DNA of 46,345 nt. Origin: a virus. Lineage: Duplodnaviria; Caudoviricetes. Shown one piece after another: positions 1-8,997 of this stretch. The notes beneath the pieces were generated by a model. That model made no database searches and was not told the DNA's origin. It saw only the letters and a program-made list of their open reading frames with translations. Both the position numbers and the translations under genes were made by a program. Each line of letters opens with the position of its first letter. Within the stretch, counting starts at the first letter, position 1. Location: the IMG/VR virus record IMGVR_UViG_3300031519_000039, positions 1-46,345 of that record. The stretch is one strand, 5' to 3'.

Positions 1-1749
1 GTTTCTGGCGGAGATGATAACGCTGCTATTAGCCAAGCACGTACTGCTTATCTTGCACAAGGTGTTTTAGAAACAGTTCAAGACACTGTAAGATCTACAC
101 GTATTATTAACCGCACAGTTTTTGTTAATCCACCTCCTCCGCCAGACTTTAGCGACACCGCGGGCGGCCCAGGTGATCCATTAGCACAATCATTCTTTGT
201 TAGTGCTATTGATAATCCAAATGGAATCTTTATTACTAAAGTAAGAATTTACTTTGAAACAAAAGATGCTACTGTTCCAGTACAAGTTCAAATTAGACCT
301 GTAGAAAATGGAATTCCAGTCACGTACCCAATCCCAAACGCAATTAAGTTTCTTCCTTCATCTAGCGTTAACATCCCGTCAGACTTGACTGATATTGATG
401 CTATTCGTTCTGGTGGTACTGACTTCGAGTTCGAAGAGCCTATCTACTTAACACCGGGTAGAGAGTTTGCAATTGTTATTTTAGCTGAAAGTGTTGATTA
501 CAAAGTCTATGTTGCTAAGACGTATGAATTTATATTAGGTTCAACAGAAGCACGTGTTTCCAAACAACCAACACTCGGTTCGTTGTTCATGTCACAAAAT
601 GGATTTACTTGGACACCAGATCAAGATAGAGATCTAATGTTCCAGTTATATCGTGCAGACTTTAGCACATCAGGCACAGCTAAGTTTAATAACGTTGACA
701 ATATTAGAGAAAAGCTACCATTTGCATCAATGCTCACTGACTCAGGCGGTACTGAAGTTCATGTGTTTATGGATGGACATGGATTTGCAAAGAACGATAA
801 AGTATTTGTTCAAGGTGTTGCGGATGCAGCAGTTGATGGCGCTTTTACTTTTGCTTCATCTATTCTTGGATCACGCACAATTACGAAAGTTGACCACACA
901 GGATTTACTTTTGCATCAGATTCAAATGCTCAAAGATCTTTGATCGTTGGTGGTAATGACACAGTTGTTACTCGTAATATGATGTATGATGAATTTACTC
1001 CGATTGTTCAAACGTTAATACCAAGTAATGCAACCACTATAGCAGCATCAGCTAAAAGAGTAAGTGGATCTTCATACGCTGGAAACAGAAACACTAGCCC
1101 AAGCTATGCAAAAGATGCAGCATTTGGCAATATATCATTAAGTGCAAGAAACACATTATCTTCACCGAGTGTTATTTTAAATGATTCAAATGAAGCTGTA
1201 CACAGTGTGTCAGGTTCATCATTTGAAATGCAACTTGCATTGGCCACAACCGATACTAAAGTTTCACCAGTTATTGACTTACAGCGCACTTCGCTCTTAT
1301 TAACTGAAAACATTATTGATAAACAAGATAACTCAGCTACAACTAACTTTAACGTTCCAATTGAGTTCATTGACGAAACAGATAGAACTCAAGGTACACA
1401 TGCTGCAAAGCATATTACGATTCCAGTAATACTTGAATCACCTGCGGTTGGTATTAAGATTTTGTTTGGAGCAAACCGCCCAGGCGCTGCTGGATTTAGA
1501 GTATTCTTTAAGACTGGCACAGCAGATGATAAATTAGATGATATTGCATACACAGAAATTGCAGAATCAACTAGCAACCCAGGCGATGAAAATCCTGCAG
1601 TATTCCGTCAATACGAGTATCTCCCAGGTGGACAGATTGGTAACTTAGACTCATTCACACAATATCAAGTGAAGATTGTTATGACTACCACTAACTCATC
1701 AAAGATTCCTGTTATTAAAGACTTACGTACGATAGCTTTGGTTTCTTAA
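1..1749 (+). CDS. Large virion structural/baseplate-type protein (VrlC/DUF4815-like), 5'-truncated by the window edge
   Basis: Frame 1 is open from base 1 and in frame with the 385 ORF. It contains DPLAQSFFV, QPTLGSLFMSQNGFTWTPDQDRDLMF, VSPVIDLQR and a C-terminal FTQYQVKIVM..P.IKDLR.IAL, all typical of this marine T4-like protein. Confidence 0.75.
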   Translation, partial: VSGGDDNAAISQARTAYLAQGVLETVQDTVRSTRIINRTVFVNPPPPPDFSDTAGGPGDPLAQSFFVSAIDNPNGIFITKVRIYFETKDATVPVQVQIRPVENGIPVTYPIPNAIKFLPSSSVNIPSDLTDIDAIRSGGTDFEFEEPIYLTPGREFAIVILAESVDYKVYVAKTYEFILGSTEARVSKQPTLGSLFMSQNGFTWTPDQDRDLMFQLYRADFSTSGTAKFNNVDNIREKLPFASMLTDSGGTEVHVFMDGHGFAKNDKVFVQGVADAAVDGAFTFASSILGSRTITKVDHTGFTFASDSNAQRSLIVGGNDTVVTRNMMYDEFTPIVQTLIPSNATTIAASAKRVSGSSYAGNRNTSPSYAKDAAFGNISLSARNTLSSPSVILNDSNEAVHSVSGSSFEMQLALATTDTKVSPVIDLQRTSLLLTENIIDKQDNSATTNFNVPIEFIDETDRTQGTHAAKHITIPVILESPAVGIKILFGANRPGAAGFRVFFKTGTADDKLDDIAYTEIAESTSNPGDENPAVFRQYEYLPGGQIGNLDSFTQYQVKIVMTTTNSSKIPVIKDLRTIALVS

Positions 1750-1970
1750 TGAATAAATACACTAAAGTTGATGGACATAACGGATTAGTAAGGTCACCTC
1801 AGGGTGCAATATTGAATGTAGATAAAAATGGCATTCTACTTGCTAAAGGTCGTAAGAAGGTTTGGAAAGAACAACAAGAAGAACTTGCACAACTTCGTGA
1901 TGATGTTGCTATAATGAAACAAATGATGCAACAATTATTAGAGGACAAAGATGGCACAAACGGTAATTAA
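1749..1970 (+). CDS. Small conserved T4-like phage protein with C-terminal coiled coil
   Basis: 73-aa ORF coupled to the upstream stop (TAATG). KVDGH.GLVR...GAILN followed by a heptad-like helix. Confidence 0.65.
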   Translation: MNKYTKVDGHNGLVRSPQGAILNVDKNGILLAKGRKKVWKEQQEELAQLRDDVAIMKQMMQQLLEDKDGTNGN

Positions 1971-2535
1971 TCTATCGGATCCTATCAACACTTGGGTAAC
2001 TAAGTCGAATGATATGGCAGCCGATATCGGAGATCTAGCTACGCTGAGTGATTCAGCAGCAACCCTAGTCCATGCCATCAACTCTATTGATTCGGATATT
2101 GGAGCTAGGACTTCGCTGACTACAAGCGTAAAAACTAGCCTTGTTGATGCGATCAATTCGATTGGCACAGACTTTCTTGAACAAACAGATTCAGCTTCAG
2201 TTAAAGCATTCTTTGCAAGTAGTACAACAATTAGTTTAGACAGTGGTACACCAGTTGGAGCACGTGCTCAGTTCTCATTAGTTGATTCCTCTGTAGTCGC
2301 AGGCAAATTAGCCAGTGGTATTATATCAACTGAGAAAATTGTAGATGATGCCATTACTTTAGCTAAAATGGCAAACAACTCAGTTAGTACTTCTGAGCTG
2401 GTTGATTCATCTATTACTCAAGCTAAGATTCAGATAAATACAATCACGTCTGCTAGCTTTAAAAGTGCTACATCTTTACTTATTAAAAATACAGCTGGTA
2501 CAACACTTAAAACAATGTTCGGGCCCGGAGAATAA
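1951..2535 (+). CDS. Short fibre-like virion protein, DS-rich
   Basis: 194 aa, S/T/A-rich with 6 DS. N-terminus (LSDPINTWVTKSN; LVHAINS/LVDAINS repeat) resembles fibre/fibritin N-termini. Shares the C-terminal LLIKNTAGTTLKT with 29376..30455. GAGG Shine-Dalgarno (SD) upstream. Confidence 0.6.
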   Translation: MAQTVINLSDPINTWVTKSNDMAADIGDLATLSDSAATLVHAINSIDSDIGARTSLTTSVKTSLVDAINSIGTDFLEQTDSASVKAFFASSTTISLDSGTPVGARAQFSLVDSSVVAGKLASGIISTEKIVDDAITLAKMANNSVSTSELVDSSITQAKIQINTITSASFKSATSLLIKNTAGTTLKTMFGPGE

Positions 2536-2538
2536 ATT

Positions 2539-3468
2539 ATGACAGTATTTCCACTTAAATACGATGGAACAAATACCATCCAAGATATGACAGCCTCTGA
2601 GCTAGATCGTCTTGCATATTATACACAAGTAGCGTATGCTGCAAACGCAAATGGTGGAGGTAATGGATACGTATTCGTTGGATCAGGCGCAACAACGATT
2701 GGTTCAGCTAGTGATACTTCAGCTACACAGCAAACTAATCAAACGCAAAGAATTATTAATAACGGTGTTATTGAAGGATATCCAGCTTATCCGGGAATTG
2801 GAACTGAAACTGATACAACTTATTCATACCAACAAGACAGATCGACACCTGGTCTAGTAAGTTCATCCACTTTTAATTCGCATGGTATGTTATTTTATGA
2901 TTCAGCCAATGACCATCTTGAGCCAATGGCAACAGAAGCGCAAGTGGCTGCTGTGATAACTAATCGCTGCATTACTGCAATGAGAACCGGAAATGAAGTT
3001 GGTTCTTATCGAGTTTCAGCATCTACACCAAGCAGCGGAGGAGCTGGAACTTGGGTTGACAAAGGTACGTTCTTCACAGATACACTTTATAGCGGCACCG
3101 CTGCTACATATAAGTTATGGCTGAAAACCGCACTAGATACAGTGCCAGGGTCAGACGTATTTCCTCTTGGTTTGGAAGATGATGGTGGCGGTACTCTTAC
3201 AACAAACATCCAACAGCGAGATATTACTAATACTGGAGGATTAGTGCAAAATGTTACTTTGCCAGCGCTTCTTCGTAAAATGCAAGCTGGATTATATTAC
3301 ACTGTAGCAACGTCGGTGTCCGGTGAAAACCGCGGAGCGTTTACAGATACTAAACTAAGTGGTACTACAAATTCTCAGGCATTTGAAGGTGGATTCTACA
3401 GAGCTATTAGTACACCATCTGGTAGTGCTAGCACAATAACAACATACTATCTTAATATGATTGCATAA
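2539..3468 (+). CDS. Putative virion structural protein
   Basis: 309 aa, G/T/S-rich with beta-strand-like composition, in the structural gene run. Internal repeat VFPLKYD / VFPLGLE. Confidence 0.55.
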   Translation: MTVFPLKYDGTNTIQDMTASELDRLAYYTQVAYAANANGGGNGYVFVGSGATTIGSASDTSATQQTNQTQRIINNGVIEGYPAYPGIGTETDTTYSYQQDRSTPGLVSSSTFNSHGMLFYDSANDHLEPMATEAQVAAVITNRCITAMRTGNEVGSYRVSASTPSSGGAGTWVDKGTFFTDTLYSGTAATYKLWLKTALDTVPGSDVFPLGLEDDGGGTLTTNIQQRDITNTGGLVQNVTLPALLRKMQAGLYYTVATSVSGENRGAFTDTKLSGTTNSQAFEGGFYRAISTPSGSASTITTYYLNMIA

Positions 3469-3482
3469 TAAAGGAACATGAA

Positions 3483-4016
3483 ATGAAAATCCGTGAAGGA
3501 AGACTTATTAACGCACGATTCACTGACCCAACTTGTACAATGATTCGATGCGAGTTTAAAGATTATGATCAGCCTGAAGGTACTAACATTAGTATTCAGA
3601 TGCATAGTTATAATCCTGAAAATAAATTTGTAAAACAAATCTTGGCAGAACATAATGAAGAAGACTTAGAAAGAAACTATGTCGAATTCAATAAGATGGA
3701 AAACCTTCGTCAGCAGATGTTCCAAAAGTTTGTTGAGCGGTTTGACGAGATTATTGATTATTTAGATAGTGGTGTTCCAGCACAGCAGGTGGTAGAAGCA
3801 CCTGTTACACTTTCTGCAATCAAAGATGTTGGTAATGTACCTGAAGACTTCTTTAAGTTAAAGCTTGAAATCTTTGAATTAGAAGAAGTAAAAAATTCAA
3901 AGAATCGCCAATGGAAAGCTGCTATGCGTAAAGCAACTACCAGCCTCGAGCTTCTCTCTTTGTTGAATGAAGTCTATTCAACCCTTGAAAATGAAGAAGG
4001 CGCACGTCAGGATTAA
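3483..4016 (+). CDS. Hypothetical protein (charged, helical)
   Basis: 177-aa ORF with AAGGA SD. Its 3' end overlaps the convergent ORF 3937..4602. Confidence 0.6.
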   Translation: MKIREGRLINARFTDPTCTMIRCEFKDYDQPEGTNISIQMHSYNPENKFVKQILAEHNEEDLERNYVEFNKMENLRQQMFQKFVERFDEIIDYLDSGVPAQQVVEAPVTLSAIKDVGNVPEDFFKLKLEIFELEEVKNSKNRQWKAAMRKATTSLELLSLLNEVYSTLENEEGARQD

Positions 4017-4602
4017 ACTCACCACCAAGATATAGCCAATCACCGGGATACTCAGTGTTAAATTTAACTAGCAACTCTGGGTTATATTCAAGCAAATCTT
4101 CCCAACGAGTTATCCACTCAGCTGGTAGAAATTTCAGATCTAGTTTTGCACGAACACAGTCTTCTACAAAGTATTGTTCACCATTAACGGGGCCCACAGT
4201 GGTCCCGTTTTTGATATAATATTCCATCCAATATTCTGGATCAGCTACAAACTTGTCGTATATGAATCGACAATCTTTTGGATAATACTTTTGAAATCCA
4301 CCTTGTAATTTATAGCCATCAACATCAGTATCTTTCCACCAAGACTGAGTAGCTACAAATTGTCCACGTTCGATTGGATAGTTAATAAGATCCATATAGT
4401 CATTGATAAAGCTTACGTCAATATCAATAACACACACTGGCTCATCGGTATCAAAAGACATTGGAAGTAGTTTATTCCATTGGTGTTTACCAATAGTCTC
4501 TTCACGTATCCAGTTTATGTTTGGTATTTTTGATTCAATGTAGTGTTCATATTCTGGTCCGTACTTATCTCCGGTCCGGACAGCGTATACTTGGATTCCC
4601 AT
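3937..4602 (-). CDS. GT-A fold glycosyltransferase-like protein
   Basis: N-terminal RTGDKYGPEY, DxD motif (IDIDV), GEQYFV and C-terminal LLHFQG. Paralogous to 6134..6832. Confidence 0.6.
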   Translation of the reverse strand: MGIQVYAVRTGDKYGPEYEHYIESKIPNINWIREETIGKHQWNKLLPMSFDTDEPVCVIDIDVSFINDYMDLINYPIERGQFVATQSWWKDTDVDGYKLQGGFQKYYPKDCRFIYDKFVADPEYWMEYYIKNGTTVGPVNGEQYFVEDCVRAKLDLKFLPAEWITRWEDLLEYNPELLVKFNTEYPGDWLYLGGEFNPDVRLLHFQGLNRLHSTKREARGW

Positions 4603-5108
4603 AATTTATCTTTCGCATGATTATATAAAGTGATTGGCATTTGACCGCCATCCCAAGCAAATGAGTCACAAACTTTATCATAGGTTTGATACTCTACTTC
4701 TTTGTAAAGATATTCATCTATGCCTTTGTTATATTTTACCATGTAATAGTCTGGATCTTCAGCAAACTTATCGTGAATATGCGAGTGATCTCCGCACCAA
4801 GACATAATTGAGCTATTCAATGGTGTATGCGCAGGTTCTCTCCACCATGCTTTTAATAGAGTAAACTTAGTAGTGTAAAGATTAATGATAGGCCCATTGA
4901 TAATAATATCGAGATCAAAATAGAGGTATTGTCCTTTCCGAAAAATATCAAACAAAGTGAGCTTATCGTAAACAGAGCCATATACAATATCGTTGACAAC
5001 ATGGATAGTATCGTACTCTCGGCCGCAATTGTCTAACATGTACCTGATATTGTCCACCCAGACTTGCTGACCATAAGCTGGTGGAGTATTCAATAAGACT
5101 ATTTCCAT
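4515..5108 (-). CDS. GT-A fold glycosyltransferase-like protein
   Basis: YDKL, DxD motif (YFDLDIII), LNSSIMSW and GIDEYL. Paralogous to 6134..6832. Confidence 0.6.
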   Translation of the reverse strand: MEIVLLNTPPAYGQQVWVDNIRYMLDNCGREYDTIHVVNDIVYGSVYDKLTLFDIFRKGQYLYFDLDIIINGPIINLYTTKFTLLKAWWREPAHTPLNSSIMSWCGDHSHIHDKFAEDPDYYMVKYNKGIDEYLYKEVEYQTYDKVCDSFAWDGGQMPITLYNHAKDKLWESKYTLSGPEISTDQNMNTTLNQKYQT

Positions 5109-5731
5109 TTACCCATAACCATATATCTAATGTATTTATCAGGAGTACCGTCATTCATGCGTTTCCAATCACCGAATACTTCTTTTAGTTCATTCTTTTC
5201 TATAAGCTCTTGGCAACTTGTTACACAATTGACATGATCAGGCTCGTTTGTTTTGTTGTTTGATTGTAAGACTAAAAGTGTACGCTCAGGACTTTCATAA
5301 CATTCTTTCATCATAGACATATCCCACATGTGTTCACAGCTGGTATTGATTACCATGTGAGTACGTCGTTTCTTTTGATACGTAAAATAGTCTTGGTTGA
5401 ATACTTTAATGTTATAATGTTCAAACGCGTGGCTATATCGACGAATTGCTTTACACGCGAATTCATCTATTTCAAATATATCTATTTCACGAATGTAAGA
5501 TCCAAAGCTTTGATACAGCAAATCAATAAGAGGATAACCAAACCATCCACCAATAATTTCTATGCGAAACTTATCATCAGCACCTTGAGGTATTTGTACT
5601 TTATGTAAGCTATCAATCAGCCATTGTTTACACAGTAGTTGGTTCGGTGATAGACTGTCAAGCAATCTTTCTAGCTTGTCAGGATGATTATACCGAAACC
5701 ACTTTATGATTTCAGCATATTCTATCTGCAT
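5099..5731 (-). CDS. Class I SAM-dependent methyltransferase-like protein
   Basis: Gly-rich motif I (IEIIGGWFG), acidic motif II (FEID), VINTSCEHM and LQSNN. Confidence 0.6.
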   Translation of the reverse strand: MQIEYAEIIKWFRYNHPDKLERLLDSLSPNQLLCKQWLIDSLHKVQIPQGADDKFRIEIIGGWFGYPLIDLLYQSFGSYIREIDIFEIDEFACKAIRRYSHAFEHYNIKVFNQDYFTYQKKRRTHMVINTSCEHMWDMSMMKECYESPERTLLVLQSNNKTNEPDHVNCVTSCQELIEKNELKEVFGDWKRMNDGTPDKYIRYMVMGKWK

Positions 5732-6141
5732 CTAATTTTACCATAAACATACCAGTGTGTTTCTTCTTCGTCACAGCCTTGATCGTATATTTCACCAACA
5801 TCGTATAGGCTAATAAGTTGCTCACACGACTTAATAGGAGTACAGTCACCGTTGTGTTGATCGTTATCACCTATAAGAATTACGTCAGTTCCTTCAGGTA
5901 ATTCAACTGGATATGTTTTCTCTACGTTTTTGTGTATAATCAAGTCAGCGGTTAAATCAACATCGTCAAAGACAAAGTCTTTGTTTACGTAGCTCATCGT
6001 ATTTTCAAACTTAGGATCGTAATCAATAGCTATTGCATCAATACCTATATTATTTAAAGTACGTAAAAATTCACGGACATCATTAGATGCTAATATAATT
6101 ATTCGATCATATTTCATACAAACTTGTTCTAAACTAATCAT
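5722..6141 (-). CDS. Short divergent paralog of the adjacent methyltransferase-like protein
   Basis: AIDYD, IIHKNVEK, IGDN..H..DC.PI.SCEQL and YVYGK align by eye with FEID, INTSCEH, QSNN...HVNC..SCQEL and YMVMGK of 5099..5731. Lacks a clear Gly-rich motif. Confidence 0.45.
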   Translation of the reverse strand: MISLEQVCMKYDRIIILASNDVREFLRTLNNIGIDAIAIDYDPKFENTMSYVNKDFVFDDVDLTADLIIHKNVEKTYPVELPEGTDVILIGDNDQHNGDCTPIKSCEQLISLYDVGEIYDQGCDEEETHWYVYGKIRCR

Positions 6142-6832
6142 ATGATTTCCACATCTTAATTACTCGACTATCAGCTTCGTGCAATTCATAAAGAACATCT
6201 TCAATACCTTTGTTATTGTATTTGTGCGAGGTATTGAATATTGTTACTTTCCCAGGTAGTGTTTTGCCTGATACGTTATAGTTTTCTATAAGACCTTCAT
6301 CCCAATATTGTAGTCTATCGTTCCTTGCATGTTGATAGAATAGATATTTGTCAAGAGACTTATAGGTCCATTCAATCTTTTCCCAATTGTCATTTGTGAA
6401 TTTAATTAGCCATTCAGGATTATCAAACTTTACGAATGAACTATTAACATGGCATGAAGCACCTTTACCAAACCAGCGCAATGATTTCATCCAATACGGA
6501 TTCCAATAATTCCATATCATTTTATAATCGGATGGATCATCAGCCATATTGGTAATGTCGTTATGAATAAGTATATCAAGGTCAAGCCAAACACCTGATT
6601 CGTGCTTTTCCATAAGGATAAGCTTTTCATACGTAAAAACACGATCAGTTGGACCAAACTTACGCAAATCTTTGATGTCTTTTACTTCTACTTCTTCACG
6701 CAAACCTTTATAATTATTAGTATAGCATGTAAGAGTAAATGGCTTATGGTAGTGTTTTTTAAGTCCGCCATATAGTCTATTGACATATTCAGGACCATAT
6801 TTGCTTCCCCATTTTAGTGTAAAGAAGTTCAT
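6134..6832 (-). CDS. GT-A fold glycosyltransferase-like protein
   Basis: LKWGSKYGPEYVNRL, CYT, DxD motif (WLDLDILI) and VNSSF. Confidence 0.65.
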   Translation of the reverse strand: MNFFTLKWGSKYGPEYVNRLYGGLKKHYHKPFTLTCYTNNYKGLREEVEVKDIKDLRKFGPTDRVFTYEKLILMEKHESGVWLDLDILIHNDITNMADDPSDYKMIWNYWNPYWMKSLRWFGKGASCHVNSSFVKFDNPEWLIKFTNDNWEKIEWTYKSLDKYLFYQHARNDRLQYWDEGLIENYNVSGKTLPGKVTIFNTSHKYNNKGIEDVLYELHEADSRVIKMWKSYD

Positions 6833-7480
6833 CTATACCTCATAATTAAAGTGTTGCATTATCTTTACAAATTCTTTTGTATGGCATTTTGTTTTATCAA
6901 TTGTGTGCTTTGGTCTATATATGGGTTTCTTTATTTGTTCAAAACGCATAAGAGCATTTGGATCGTCAACAACATCAGACCATTGCGGTAAATTCATTTC
7001 ATGATAATTGAGCATCTGTTTTTCGTATGGTAATTCAATATGTTTACAAATCTTTTTTAGTTCTGCACCTGGGTTATCTAAGATGTCTTCGTATTTAACA
7101 ACGAGGCCTTTGCCATCATGCTTTATTACTTCGTTGTGGTCTTGAATATATCTATCTAATGCTTTATTAAAGTCATTGTATCGTTTATCTAAACTAGCAA
7201 CAACGTCATATCCGCTGCGAACACAGAAGATAAACTTCGGATCATAGTCTTCTATGATTTTATCTACGTGATATATATGTTTAGGAGTCTTTTCGAGGAA
7301 GACACTTTCTTTTCGTCTAGTAGCTTCTTTGTATAAAGTAGGAAGTATCCATTTGTGTTCATCCCAAACATATGACCAAGTTTCAACATATGGCGTATAA
7401 ATCTCGCTATGAACCGATAACATAGTTGTAAGGATAGTGGTGCCGGTATGACCACACCCGCAGATGAATACTAATCGCAT
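6833..7480 (-). CDS. Sulfotransferase (Sulfotransfer_3-like, PAPS-dependent)
   Basis: 5'-PSB loop FICGCGHTGTT, EKTP, 3'-PB motif VRSGYDVVAS, VKYEDI. Confidence 0.8.
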   Translation of the reverse strand: MRLVFICGCGHTGTTILTTMLSVHSEIYTPYVETWSYVWDEHKWILPTLYKEATRRKESVFLEKTPKHIYHVDKIIEDYDPKFIFCVRSGYDVVASLDKRYNDFNKALDRYIQDHNEVIKHDGKGLVVKYEDILDNPGAELKKICKHIELPYEKQMLNYHEMNLPQWSDVVDDPNALMRFEQIKKPIYRPKHTIDKTKCHTKEFVKIMQHFNYEV

Positions 7481-7491
7481 AATAAATACCT

Positions 7492-7510
7492 TTATTATTA
7501 TTATTATTAT
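7492..7510. repeat. (TTA)6 trinucleotide microsatellite in the divergent intergenic region
   Basis: ttattattattattattat at 7492-7510. Confidence 0.85.
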
Positions 7511-7512
7511 AT

Positions 7513-7541
7513 ATTATAACACTTTCTATGAAGAAAGTAAA
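7513..7541 (-). promoter_or_regulatory. Sigma70-type promoter for the leftward transferase operon
   Basis: Minus strand reads TTTACT-17 nt-TATAAT with an extended -10 TGn. It lies upstream of the AAGGT SD and ATG at 7480. Confidence 0.55.
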
Positions 7542-8997
7542 GGCAAAAATGAAAAAGACAAATAAAGAAATAGATGATATGTTTCCAACTGACACGTTTT
7601 GTGCCTTACCTTGGATGCATTTATCCACTCGACCAGATGGAAGTATGCGTGTATGCTGTACAGCCAATGCGTCTGGTGTAGCTGTTAACGCTAAATCCAC
7701 AGATAAACCGGTATCAAAATCAGGTATTGTTCGTAATGATGATGGCCAACCAGCTAATCTCAATAATACGAGCCTCATGTCTGCTTGGAATAACGAATAT
7801 ATGCGTGGCGTAAGAAAGGCAATGCTCGATGGAAAGAAACCTTCAAGTTGTACGAAATGCTATAAAGAAGAAGATGCTGGCCATAGATCTAAAAGGATAT
7901 GGGAAACTCGTAAATGGATTAAAGATCTTGGTGGTGTTGACCAGATTATCGAAGATACACAAGCGGATGGATCAGTTCCTGCAAGGATACGCTACATCGA
8001 CTTACGCCTTGGTAGTAAGTGTCAGCTTGCATGTGTTATGTGCAGCCCTGATGATTCCAGTAATTGGATAAAAGACCATAAGAAGATATTTCCAACTCTT
8101 CAAAATAAAGAGCTAAGGAAGTCTATGTCATGGACAAAAGAAACTGGTGAGCAGGCTGCTTTAGGTACATCATACAATTGGCATAAAAATAATCCAGACT
8201 TTTGGGATGAACTATATGATACACTGCCAAACCTTAGACAGTTATATTTTGCTGGTGGTGAACCACTTATTATCGATGAACATTACACATTACTTGAGAA
8301 ATGTATTGATGAAGGACTAGCAGGCGATATTGAACTACGATACAATTCAAATGGCATTGAATGGCGTGAAGATCTATTTGATTTATGGAAACAATTCCGC
8401 AATGTAATCTTCCACTTCAGCGTTGATGATATTGATATACGAAATCATTTCATTCGTTATCCTTCAAACTGGGAAGTGATACAAGGATCAATGCATAAGA
8501 TGGATGCGTATCCTCATGGTAATCTAACACTCACAACTGCTTGGACGTGTACACTACTCAACATCTATTATCTACCTGAGTTTATCAAATGGAAGATTGG
8601 ACAAAACTTTAAGAATATGAATAAGTGGCCACATGGTGCTGGATTGTTTTCTTGTCATATAGCTTATTGGCCACCGCAACTTAACGTAAAAGCTTTGCCT
8701 GATTGGTTTAAGGCAGAAGTAAGACAAAAATTTGAAGAAGAACTATATCCTTGGCTAGAAGAAAACTGGCAAAGTTGTACTGGTGTTAAAGAAGCTGGTA
8801 TTACGTATGAAGAGTTTATAGCTTCTGAATACGGAATTAAACGAATGGAAGGGCTGCTCTCGTTTATGGAGGCTGATGATTGGAGTGAACGTTTGCCTGA
8901 AACAGCTGAGTGGTGTTACACCGTAGCAAAGACACGTTTTCTTAATTTTGATGAAGTATTTCCAGATCTTGAATGGCTAAAGTGGTATAATAAATGA
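7528..8997 (+). CDS. Radical SAM protein with N-terminal twitch-like Fe-S domain (rSAM-1)
   Basis: N-terminal FCALPW..VCC..CTKC, CQLACVMC and GGEP. The true start may be ATG 7549, which has an AAGG SD. Confidence 0.85.
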   Translation: MKKVKAKMKKTNKEIDDMFPTDTFCALPWMHLSTRPDGSMRVCCTANASGVAVNAKSTDKPVSKSGIVRNDDGQPANLNNTSLMSAWNNEYMRGVRKAMLDGKKPSSCTKCYKEEDAGHRSKRIWETRKWIKDLGGVDQIIEDTQADGSVPARIRYIDLRLGSKCQLACVMCSPDDSSNWIKDHKKIFPTLQNKELRKSMSWTKETGEQAALGTSYNWHKNNPDFWDELYDTLPNLRQLYFAGGEPLIIDEHYTLLEKCIDEGLAGDIELRYNSNGIEWREDLFDLWKQFRNVIFHFSVDDIDIRNHFIRYPSNWEVIQGSMHKMDAYPHGNLTLTTAWTCTLLNIYYLPEFIKWKIGQNFKNMNKWPHGAGLFSCHIAYWPPQLNVKALPDWFKAEVRQKFEEELYPWLEENWQSCTGVKEAGITYEEFIASEYGIKRMEGLLSFMEADDWSERLPETAEWCYTVAKTRFLNFDEVFPDLEWLKWYNK

